In this document: piece after piece, positions 38,398 to 49,404 of the stretch
Layout of the letters: every line of letters begins with the position of its first letter
Position numbering within the stretch: position 1 is the first letter of the stretch
From: Guillardia theta CCMP2712
Lineage: Eukaryota > Protista > Cryptophyta
Assembly: GCF_000315625.1 (NCBI RefSeq)
Contig: NW_005434630.1
Location: 434,001 to 498,000 of the forward strand
Reading direction: 5' to 3'
DNA: 64,000 bases
The notes under the pieces: model-generated
Told to the model about the DNA's origin: nothing
The model's database searches: none
The model's input: only the letters and a program-made list of their open reading frames with translations
Position numbers and translations under genes: made by a program

Positions 38398-41300
38398 TCA
38401 AAGACTCTTTGCGCCCATATCCTCCAGCATTTCCTTAATTGAACATGGAATACTCTGATCGATCGTGGCATCTCGAAACATTAGTTCGTTGCCGAAACAA
38501 TTGAGATCAACTGAGAGAAGAAAGCATCCGTCACTTAAACGCGACCAGCACTTGAAACAATGATCATCACGAGAAAAAGAAAACAAAACATCTGCATGCC
38601 GCCCCCAGCTCACATCACTGACGATTCCTTTATGCCCAAAAAGAGCCTGACACCTCCCCGTCTCTACCTCCCACACCCGTATCTTCTTGTTGTATCCTGT
38701 TGACCAGGCCGCGATCCTCCTCCCGTCCGGACTCCAGCTCACGTCGCTGACTGTATCTCCTTCAGCCTCCAGCACCTGACACCTCCCCGTCTCTTCCCAC
38801 ACCCGTATCTTGCCTCCGTCGCCTGATGACCTTGCAGCGATCCTCCTCCCGTCCGGACTCCAGCTCACGTCGCTGACTGTATCTCCTTCAGCCTCCAGCA
38901 CCTGACACCTCCCCGTCCGAAGCTCTACCTCCCACACCCATATCTTCTTGTTGTATAAATAGGACCTTGCAGCGATCCTCCTCCCGTCCGGGCTCCAGTG
39001 CCAGCTCATGTCGCTGAGTTCATCTCCTTCAGCCTCCAGCACCTGACACCTCCCCGTCTCTACCTCCCACACCCGTATCTTCTGCCCGTCGCCTGATGAC
39101 CTTGCAGCGATCCTCCTCCCGTCCGGACTCCAGCTCACGTTGCTGACTGTATCTCCTTCAGCCTCCAGCACCTGACACCTCCCCGTCTCTACCTCCCACA
39201 CCCATATCTTCTGCCCGTCGCCTGATGACCAGGCCGCGATCCTCCTCCCGTCCGGCGGACTGCAGCAAACACTACTCCAGCCCACGTCGCTGACTGTATC
39301 TCCTTCAGCCTCCAGCACCTGACATCTCCCCGTCTCTTCCCACACCCGTATCTTGCCCCCGTCGCCTGATGACCAGGCCGCGATCCTCCTCCCGTCCGGA
39401 CTCCAGCTCACGTCGCTGACTGTATCTCCTTCAGCCTCCAGCACCTGACACCTCCCCGTCTCTACCTCCCAGCCTGTCCATGCCCGTTTTTTTTTTTGCA
39501 CTGTGAAAGTCACTTCGTACCCACTGTCAGCTATTTCCATTGATTCTTCGACATCAGTTTGAATTTGAGTTACTATCTTCTTACCATCTTGACTCCATTT
39601 CACGTCCGCGATCTCTCCTTCAAATTCCTGCAGCACCCTGCTGCAACTTCCTGTTTCTACTTCCCATATCTGTAACTGAACGGTTTCATAATCTGATGAG
39701 TCTTCATTTTCTGATTCTGATTCACTCCAAAGGTCTGAATCTGAATCAAACATGTCTGAGTCCTCGTCACTGTCTAGCCAAGAGTCAGAATCAGACTCAG
39801 ATTTTGACCAGACAGCAAGCCTCTTCCCGTCTGGACTCCAGCTAGCAACCTTTGCCCCTTCCAAATAGCTGAGAAGCTCCTGATTCCTCCCAGTCACTAC
39901 ATCCCAGATCAATATCCTCCCGTCCGGGTCTGAGTCCGAGTAAGTTGCAAATTTTGTTTTTGATTTCTCCCAAGTCATCTTTTCGAAGAAAACATTTTTG
40001 TAAGAGAATTCAGTGTTACGTGGTTTCTCGTACATCGGTAAAAATTTATGACCCCACGTTTGCTCAAGAAACGAAGCACACCATCATCATTCAGCGAAAT
40101 ACACAGACCTTCCCCTTGTTTTGAGATGCTCATGATATCCGAGGAATGTTGAATCGATCTTAAGCATTCCTCCAGTGCAAGGTCCCAGACTCGCAGCATC
40201 TTCTTGGGATTCGAATGAACCGTAACGAATGTCCTTCCTTCTCGACTCCAAATGATTCGATCAACCTGAAATCCATGTCCCACCACCACTTGACACCTCC
40301 CCGTCTCTACCTCCCACACCCGTATCTTCCTTGAATATGACCAGGCCGCGATCCTCCTCCCGTCCGGACTCCAGCTCACGTCGCTGACTGTATCTCCTTC
40401 AGCCTCCAGCACCTGACACCTCCCCGTCTCTACCTCCCACACCCGTATCTTCGCCCGTCGCCTGATGACCTTGCAGCGATCCTCCTCCCGTCCGGACTCC
40501 AGCTCACGTTGCTGACTGTATCTCCTTCAGCCTCCAGCACCTGACACCTCCCCGTCTCTACCTCCCACACCGTGATTTGATGTTTTTGCTCAGTCCGAGA
40601 CCAGGTCGCGATCTGCTGCTCTCTTGGTGACAATTTTCGATCATAATGAATGGGAATCGATATGTCTGTTCTTTTAGTACACCCTTTTGTCATGAGATCT
40701 ACCGTATGTAGATAGCACTTTACGCAATTTGTTGACCATGTGATGTTTCCGTCAGCTCTGAAATTCATATCTCGGATCGCTCCGTTGTTTCCTTTTACTT
40801 CAAAATAACATTCTTCTGTTTCGATATCCCATACTTTGATTGAGCCCTTGCTCGACACACATGCCAAGCTCTTGCCATCAGCCTTCCATTTCATTTTCTC
40901 AATATCTTCATCAAACCAGGATTCGAGCTGCACATTGCAAATTCCTGATTTTACATCCCACACAAATATGGATCCATTACTTGATTTGGTCGCTAATTGT
41001 TTTCCTTCAAGATCGAATACCCCGTGTTGTACATCCTGACCCATGAGGTTTACAACTGGCATTTCTCCAAAGAAAGCACCATCTAGACGAGCTCCTTCAA
41101 GCATGGATTCCACAAAGTATCCGTGACTTGCGTCTACACCCGACAGATCTGCTCCCTTCAGGTTGGTCCGGTGAAAGATTCCGTTGCTCAAGATTGCGCC
41201 TGCAAGTCTCACTCCATGAAGGTCCAAGCCTGAGAAAGGCACGCTCGCGGCCACCAAGATCGTAGCCGCATTGGCTGAGGCTCTTGCAATTGTCTCAAGC

Positions 41301-43310
41301 TCGCAGTGCCGCGAGGCTCTGATCACGTCAAATAGTCGTTCTATGTACTTGGGTTTGCTTCGCAGCACCATTGCGTGCTCTTTGATTGACTCTATTTCGT
41401 CTCGCAGGTTGTAGACAGTCAGACCCTCTGGCACGATATCGTTTTCCTCGCCCACACCAGCGCGAAGCTCCTCAAAGGTATTCTCGGCAAGGAGAAACTC
41501 CGCACAGTGTCATGCACGAAGCTGACCTCCAGAATATCTCCAAGCTTGTTTGTCTTGAGTCGTGTCAGGCAGCCTCTGAGCAGCCAGTATCCCAACTCCT
41601 TCTCCACGTGGCCTTGCCTCATCGACAGGTTGAAAGGAGGTTCTGATAGGAAGATCCCCCCTGACTTGTGTCGTATGATGATGTTACGTTGCCTGAGCAT
41701 GTGAAGACAGAGCTGTTGAGCAGCTCTTGAGTACCAGCGAATGTAATTTCCATCATCAACCTCGGCCTGCTGCGCCAACTCTGCAAGCTTATGATTTTGC
41801 TTCAATTTGTCCCACTCTCTTCTATACCACTCCTTGGCGTACTCCTTGTACATGCTGTGTCGTGTAATCATGGATTTTGGCTTGTTCATTCGTTTGTAAA
41901 ATAGTCCAGGAAGCACAGTAAGCATCACCTTCAACGAGTAGGGTGTGCTTATAATGCTTTTGAGCTCGGGATTTGATTTTAATGCCTCTTCAAATTGCTC
42001 CATGCTCAATCCCTTGTGAGATCGCTTCATTACTTGGTCTTCGATGTATCGGCTGATTTGATCCTTCGCGTTCCAGCTCAGTGGACAAACCCAAGCGACT
42101 TGAAGGGCTTCCCTTCCCCCAAGCCCATGCGGCCAAAAGAGCGGGTCTGCCTTTCCTTCCATTTTCAGGTAGCCACTCCTACAAGTAACGATAACCTTGA
42201 TGCCTTTGCTGACTGCAAGCTCCTTGAATAGCTTGTCGACAACATTCTCTGTCGTCCCCATCTCATCATAAGCATCCATTACGACGAAAAACGAGTGACG
42301 GCGAAGGAAATCTCTCCACGCCTGATCATTGACTGGCGATTTCTCAGGCCCCACAGCATCCTTCATGTATTCCTTTACACTTTTGCATCTCGGAAGATAT
42401 AGATACACTGGGTAAGCTTTGTCTGCATGCCATGCTTCTCCCATCTCTATTACCCACTTCATGCCGATGGTTGACTTGCCTGATCCGGCCTGTCCGAGAA
42501 GCAGCAGGACACGCTTCCTTTTATCGTGCATGAAACTATGCAGAAGCTTTGAAGATGGCACACCTGGTGCTTGCCTGAACTCAGGATCCGAATCTGTGCA
42601 GTCAGTCTCAATAAAGCAATCGACCGCTTCGTCTACGCTCTCCGAAAAATCACCAAGTGTGTGCTTGATGATTTCACGGAGGTTTTTTGGTATGCTACCG
42701 TATGTCCACTCGACAACCTTACCCGATTCTAGATCCACTTTGTCTGCAAAGCCGTACCTATGACTGTGGCACCAGGCATTGATGATCATATTAGCCTTGT
42801 GAGGCATGAAAGGAGGACTTTGAGATGTGACCATGTGAATAGAGACTTTAGCCTTCTCTTCCAGCTGTTTTATGGTCTGAAAGTCTTCAAAGAAAACTCA
42901 ATTGTATTATCTCCTGCTGTTTCCAGCTCTCCATCAGCAGTTCCGTGCACTCCAGTGTTGATATGAATAGATTGACCAAATGCACTCATTGCTTCAACGA
43001 TCTCCTTGACATCTTCAGCACATACTGGCTGAGTATTCTCCCACAAGTGCTGACCAGAAGCAAGACTGAACACAAAGAATTTGCGATCCGTGGACCATCG
43101 GAGAACATAACGGCCTGGTAATGTCTCAATGAGTCCAAGCGCCCTTGCCTCCTTTTGCAAGTCGAACTTCCGTCCCAGAACCAGGTCATCACTATGAACC
43201 ACAACTCCTCGTTTCTTACCACCTTGACCTAGGTCATGTCGAGATCGCTCTACTTCCTGCTCCAGCTCATCATCTTCCTCCCAGTGCTCACGATCTTGTC
43301 CTGCCCTCAT
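38398..43310 (-). pseudogene. NLR-like STAND protein: putative His/Cys peptidase N-terminus, NACHT, pentapeptide repeats, WD40 repeats; intronless, with four single-base frameshifts
   Basis: Walker A LLLGQAGSGKST, Walker B VVMDAYDEM, VIVTCR, TPYSL, FVHDTVREFLLAE (after frame repair), ASANAATILVAASVPFSGLDLHGVRLAGAILSNGIF...FFGEMP, many WSPDGRRIAA repeats. Five ORFs join by restoring one base at ~42895, ~41500, ~40453 and ~40043. Confidence 0.88.
38645..40575 (-). repeat. Eight near-identical ~126-147-bp WD40-coding repeats (6 + 2)
   Basis: Unit cctgacacctccccgtctctacctcccacacccgtatcttc...tgactgtatctccttcagcctccagca recurs near 38645, 38775, 38900, 39041, 39170, 39317, 40290 and 40410, with partial copies near 39443 and 40540. 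Confidence 0.95.
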
Positions 43311-43649
43311 CGCTCTTCAAACCTGCCCGTTACTAGAGGGGTTACCGGGCGTAGTACCTGGCGTAGTACTACACGAAGGGTCATGTGTTGTATGAGGGTC
43401 TTGGTCGTCCACTCCATAGGGAGAAGCTGGGGAGAAGCTGGGGAGAAGCCTTTGTTCCCTTCACTGCAGGTACGGATGGTCTCCTTCATGCTGACGCTTT
43501 GCGGTTTCTCTGATATCTGGCGGATCACCATGGAGCTACGAGCATCGTTACCGCGTACCAGAGCCGCCCGGCTCAAATAACCAGCGTGTTCTATCGCCGA
43601 CCCCGGCCGATTCTTTTAACGAAAGCCGGGCAGTCCCCGGTCAAAGGCG

Positions 43650-44020
43650 ATGGAGCGGGACGCCGAGCAGGCGCAGCGGGAGAAGCAGCTCGCGCGGGAC
43701 CGGGCGAGGGAGCGGATCGCGGAGATGGAGAACCAGAGCACGGCGGAGGCGCGGATCAACCGCTCCTTCGAGCTGTACCCGCTCTCGCGCGACGAGCAGG
43801 AGACGTGCGCCGCCCTGCTGGAGCCCTGCAAGCAGACGTCGCTCCTCGTCATGCTTAAGAAACATAAATTACAGAAACAGATCATCAAGGTTCATGATAT
43901 CATTGCAAGCTACATCAATTTCATCCTAGACAAATACAATATTCCTCGTGATGAATACACCAGAGAAGATCCCATGATAGGGTTCAAGGGCTGGCCTGAT
44001 ATCCGTAAGACAGAGCCCAT
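43650..44020 (+). pseudogene. Chimeric hypothetical ORF fragment (GC-rich coiled-coil part fused to an AT-rich part)
   Basis: MERDAEQAQREKQLARDRARERIAEM... with a composition switch at ~43850; the rest of the listed ORF is antisense to another fragment. Confidence 0.45.
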
Positions 44021-44348
44021 GGACCTTGACCACCGGTTGCTTGATGGGCATGAGCTCGACCACGCCGTTGTCCCTGTTCCACTGCATGGCCTCGAGGTTC
44101 TTCATGAAGGGCTCGTCGAAGGAGAAGTACTCGAGGTTGAGCTCGAGGTTCTGGTTCGCCTGGTGCTCGGCCATAATTTTAGCCAGGCGCTGATATGCAT
44201 AAATGTAGGTAGTATTTCCGGTAGAAGAGTAAGTTCCAACTGGACAGTAAGTGGTGTAGAAACCGGCATCAGCCTTCACATGCCTCATTAGCAGTATGCA
44301 CGCCAAGACGAAGATAAAGGTCCTCCGCCCCAACATCATCCCCGACAC
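44020..44348 (-). pseudogene. Signal-peptide/Cys-rich N-terminal fragment fused to a GC3-rich unknown fragment
   Basis: MMLGRRTFIFVLACILLMRHVKADAGFYTTYCPVGTYSSTG followed by KIMAEHQANQNLELNLEYFSFDEPFMKNLEAMQW. Confidence 0.45.
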
Positions 44349-44421
44349 TTGCAGTTCCCCAGCACTAACACTCTGAATACAACTGATATGTGTTAAGCAC
44401 GCGACGTGCCCAGGCGAAACA

Positions 44422-44557
44422 GGTAGAGTTTAGGGTAGAGCGAGGGATGGGTAGAGCGCAGGGTAGAGCGAGGGATGGGTAGAGCGCAAGGTAGAGCGAG
44501 GGATGGGTAGAGCGCAAGGTAGAGCGAGGGATGGGTAGCGCGCAAGGTAGAGCGAGG
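44422..44557. repeat. 28-bp G-rich tandem minisatellite (about 4.5 units)
   Basis: (g/a)ggtagagcgagggatgggtagagcgca repeated. Confidence 0.92.
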
Positions 44558-44665
44558 AGGAAGGACCGAGCAAGTCGGAAGGCAAAGCCTTCAATCAGGG
44601 GATTGAACTAACGGGAGTAACGGGAGCGAATTTGATGCTTCGTTGGTGGGCGGGCGTATTAGAAA

Positions 44666-47600
44666 GTGACTCGACCCTCAAATTCCAATGTGGCCTTTGT
44701 TCAAGGTGATACGTCAACTAAGGTAACTTTCCCTTTGGGAAGCATTCCAAGCATATTTACGATATGTACAATTGCGCGGCATATTGCAAATGGGACATAC
44801 GGTCGAATCTTTCAAGGCAACACTATCAATTGGCTACATGGGTGGTGGTTTGAAGAACCCGGAAATGGATATTCCATATACGATGACACTAGTACCAAAT
44901 ACATCAAAAATGGGGTTGCACATTATAATGGGTGGATGACAGAGTTTAATGCTTCACTTTTCAGCACTCATGATCATTGGATGATATTTTGTGGACAGAA
45001 TAATGCTATACATCCGAAGAACATCAAAGCTGCAGAGATTAGTTCTGGCTATGTGATTTATGATGTAGGCACTGCAGACGGTGGATCGGGAAACACACAA
45101 CTAGTCATTAACACTGGTGTATATCCCCAGGAAGTAAGTGATTTCAAAATGTCACAGGTTTACATATGGGATCAGACGTTAACATCCGACGAGATGGACA
45201 ATGTGATGTATGCGATGATGCATTACCTGGACACAGGAAAGTCTCTCAAAACGTTGGAGTCGGCCAGCATTGCGCCGATATTTGGATGCTCGGCTTGTCC
45301 TGGTAACTATACTACAGTTGCCATGGGCTCATCGCTTTCACAGTGTGCATGCCTGGCTGGGTATTACGATGATGGATCTGGCACTTCAACCTGCTTGCAA
45401 TGCCCTGCATTGACATCTTCATCCTTTGGTTCCACCTCATTAAGTCAGTGCGTGTGTATACATGGCTATTACGATGATGGAACTGGCATTCGCACATGCC
45501 TCCGCTGCCCCCACTTGACTACCACGAGGTCTGTCGGGGCGACTTCGCTCAGTCAGTGCGTCCCGTACGCCCCCCTCGTCAGCTACCAGTTCGAGGACCC
45601 AAACAACCTCGGGTATGACAGCTCTGGGAATGGGTATAATGCAACCAACTACGGAGCAACGCAAGGCCCAGGGAGGAGGGGAGATGGGGCGGCAAAGTTT
45701 AGCGCGGCTGATACAGAGCAGTACATGACAATGCCCAATAAGATTGATTTCGGGATCATTCAACAAAGCACAGGTTTAACAGTGGCTTTTTGGGGCTATA
45801 TGACTACATTCTCTTCCATGTATGCAAGGTTCATCGATTTTGGTGGAGGACCAAACAATGAGAGCTTAGCAATATACCCCAACGGGGCAGCAACTGCGCC
45901 ATTAACTTTCGCTGTGCTTGATGGCGCTACCCCGATTAACATCTCGTATGACTGGATTCCGCAATACTGGCACCACATTGCATTATCCATAAATCCCAAT
46001 GATGGGTCGACGGATCAAAACAAGATTTCGATATGGATAGACGGTTTGCTGGTCTGTAATGCTTGTCAGCAAGGTCTACTCAGTTCAGTAACTACAGTAT
46101 CATCTCGTCAATGGTACATTGCAAAAGCGAACAGAGCAAATGGAAAGACAGATGGTTCAATCGATGATTTCCGTATATACAACTACCCCTTCACCCAATT
46201 CGACGTCGAGCAGCACTACCTTCCCCTCTACTACCCCACCGGCTGCCTCTCGCAGTCCTACAACCCGAATGCCCTCTTCGCGTTCTACCCGGAGTTGGTG
46301 GCGAGTGCCAATTTCCCAGGGGTGGCGAACCTCAATGCCGCGGTCAGCTCCCCTCTCACCACCTTCGACGACGCATTCCGGCAGTTGGTTGCAAGTGACA
46401 AGTACGGGACGATCGTCTGGGTCTGTTATGATTGCGACTTGGCACACTGGCTCACGTTCTATAAGCGTATACTCCCTGTTGATCCGGACTGGAGCATGTC
46501 CCAGCAGTTTCTGTATCGCTGGATCGCGGACAGGAACACGCCGAATATTCATGTCAAGTTCTATACCAACGAGGCGGACTACCTCGCCGATAACTCGGCT
46601 ACCTTGTTCGATCCGAGCTACTTCTCCATGACCTACGCCACAATCAGCACAAGTCCAAGTGTGGCGCCTACGGTGATCGATAGCAGCTATTCATACCTCA
46701 CGTTTACGCATGTGAATGGTACGAGAACCAACTATTCCGTTACATTTCCCCAAGATACCGTGATTGATTACCTTATCATCGGGGGAGGTGGTGGTGGTGG
46801 GGCAAATGGAGGTGGAGGTGGAGGAGCTGGTGGATTAATCTACAAAACTGGTGTTTTGGTCAAGAAAGGAACGTAAGCTGTAGTTGTTGGTGCTGGGGGA
46901 TCTGGATCACGGATAAATGATGCTTACAGCCAAGCGTCGTCAGGTCAGCAATCGTCTTTCAATGGAGACATTGCAGTGGGTGGAGGGTACGGAGGAACAC
47001 GGGAGGTATCTTCAGGAGCTAATGGTGGCAGTGGTGGAGGAGGATCGAATTTAGGATTTGAAACTGCTGGTAATGGAAATTCGGGTCAGGGAAACAGTGG
47101 GGGAGCTGCTTTCGAGAGTTCTTGTGCTAGTGCGGGAGGCGGAGGCGGAAGTGCAGGCGGAGTTGGAACTCGAGCGAGTAGCAATCAAGGTGGAAATGGT
47201 GGTCCAGGACTGGCTGTGAGTATCACAGGGTCATCGGATGTCTATGCTGGAGGTGGTAGTGGCGGAGCCACTTGTACGCAGGCTGGTCAAAACGGGATGG
47301 CGGGGAAGATGGATCGGGGAGTTCCAACTATGGTGGTGGGGGCGGGGGTGCGGAGGTACCGGGTCGTATGTGATTGGACCCGCAGGTGATGACGGTCAAC
47401 CAGGTGTCGTCATCCTCCGTTACCGCACGAATCACGAGGCCGTGTGTTTTTACTTGTTGAAGGATTGTCAGAGGTGTCAGGATGGGTTTCAGACGAATCA
47501 ATCCCTCGCAACAAATCAGTCTCAATGCGTTTACATGGATTTTGTGCATCCCTGGTGTCCAGTTGGATTTTATTCATCCACGGGGTTTCAGGAAGCTCAA

Positions 47601-48446
47601 GATCAACGTTGCAATGGTCGTTGTCCTCAGGCATGGTATGGTAATACTTCGCAAAGTCCTTTTGGAGGTTTAGATCGTTCACTCACAGCTACCTATGGAC
47701 AACATTTATTTATGGCTAGTGGTTCTAAAGTTTGGTTGCGAGTAAATTTTTCAGATATCGTTACCATTACAAATGTTCGATGGTGGCCTAGAACGGACTA
47801 TCCTATGTGGGCAAGTGGTGAAATCTGGCTTGGAAATATATCGATGGAACCAACGCTTAATGAAAGATGTGGTACTCGCAGGTATGGGACTTACTTCAAG
47901 GACGGTTACACCGTTGCTACTGTGAATTGCGATGTCAGCGCGATGTATGGATGGATTGACGCAAATCCACCGTACTCATACGCTGCAGGCGCATGGTTAG
48001 AAATAGCAGAGATCGCATTCTTCGGCGGGTGCAGCCCCTGCCCCGCCGGGACCACCACGCTGTTCAACGGGCGGACGGACCCACGTGAATGCTACAAAGT
48101 TCAATTGGATACACCACCGTGTTCTAAAGATACATATTCATCTAACGGAACAATGTACAACTGGGGATTGATGTGCGGATTATCGAATAACGAAATTTGC
48201 AAATCAAGATCGCACGATATTCCAGTCTGGTCAAACACTTATTCATGGAGGCATCCGTTTACATCTTTGGCAGGGTATATTCCCTACCTAGCTACCTATG
48301 AACTTCTTGATACGACCTTGAATTTGACTACATTATCTACAGCGAATGTTCCATATTATGTACTTGTAAGATATGGAGGAAAAGCGTTACTCGGAGCAAG
48401 AAAGATATGGAAGGCAGAAGCGGAAACATTGCAGACTAAGCGATGA
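44666..48446 (+). pseudogene. Large extracellular/virion-fibre-like mosaic protein: LamG/ConA domains, Cys-rich repeats, Gly-rich domain, F-type-lectin-like domain; disrupted
   Basis: APLVSYQFEDPNNLGYDSSGNG...WHHIALSI...IWIDG...GSIDDFRIYN (LamG); CACLAGYYDDGSGTSTC; DYLIIGGGGGGG...GGGGAGG; in-frame TAA at 46874 (KKGT*AVVVGAGG); frameshift near 47300; GQPGVVILRY; WLRVNF...VRWWPRTD...EIWLGN. Confidence 0.75.
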
Positions 48447-48700
48447 TGTGATCGACCTGACACGTAGCTTCCAAACGAATTGTATTTAAATCGATATATT
48501 TGTAACTATACATTGGAAAACGCGTGAAGGGCACATGGAGGTCGTGCGCGTGCGCGTGAGCCGGCCGTCTGCGTGGTTCCGTGATCCAATGGACGTGGAT
48601 GACGATAGCGTTGCAGGCTCTCACGTTGTAAAACGTCACGATTATAGCGACAAAGGGAATCGGCTATGGATCATCAAGACTGGATTGGTTCAAGTCGGAT

Positions 48701-49384
48701 GTGGTGACGAAGGAACTGACCAACAAAGCAGCTATCGTTTCGAAGATAGATCGTATCATAAGTTTGATATGGCAAGGGAAGCGGGTGTACAAGCGCTCTT
48801 ATCAGCACGAGAATGGGGAGCATGCACGGCGTGAGAAGAAGTACCATATTGGTGCTTATTCTGACTCTTTAGAACATTGGTCTGAAATGAACAGGTACAA
48901 GCTATACGATATAGAGGGTGAAATAAGAGGACTTGAACTGGATAATGAGAAGGAAATCATCACTGAGATTGATCTTCTCATAGATCTGTTGCGGGATGTG
49001 ATGGTCAAACTCGAGGTGATCAGCGGGCAGTGGGACCTTGCATCGCTTGTATGTAAAAATCCAATATCGGCGTTGCCGAGGTTGTATCCCAATGAGGTAT
49101 TGGGTGAAATGGAGGAGATCGCGATCATGATGATGTATTGCAGGAAGGCTACAATCCTCATCAAGGAAAACTTCAAGGCTATTTTTGATAAATATCAACA
49201 TGGGAGTGCCTTGCAGGACAAAATTGAACATTTACAACATTTGTATGACATGGTGATCAATAATATCGATGTTAAATCCCAGAAGGAGGCAAGAATATGC
49301 TTTGATATCAAGTCATTGACGTTCGATCGTGACTTAAACGAGGATAATGTTACTCAGGCACATGTCTTGTACTTGTTTTTTTAA
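48701..49384 (+). CDS. AT-rich intronless hypothetical helical protein or fragment
   Basis: 227-codon ORF with composition unlike host genes; no family recognised. Confidence 0.45.
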   Translation: MVTKELTNKAAIVSKIDRIISLIWQGKRVYKRSYQHENGEHARREKKYHIGAYSDSLEHWSEMNRYKLYDIEGEIRGLELDNEKEIITEIDLLIDLLRDVMVKLEVISGQWDLASLVCKNPISALPRLYPNEVLGEMEEIAIMMMYCRKATILIKENFKAIFDKYQHGSALQDKIEHLQHLYDMVINNIDVKSQKEARICFDIKSLTFDRDLNEDNVTQAHVLYLFF

Positions 49385-49404
49385 GAATCTTTCCAACCAA
49401 TATT

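Noticed and set aside
38645-40575. CRISPR-like appearance of regularly spaced repeats
   Set aside because: Units are in-frame WD40 coding repeats without unique spacers; no cas genes; eukaryotic context
43595-43640. GC hairpin as a possible Helitron 3' end
   Set aside because: Not followed by CTRR at the expected distance, and no Rep/helicase is seen
44428-44435. TTTAGGG telomere-like motif
   Set aside because: Single copy; insufficient
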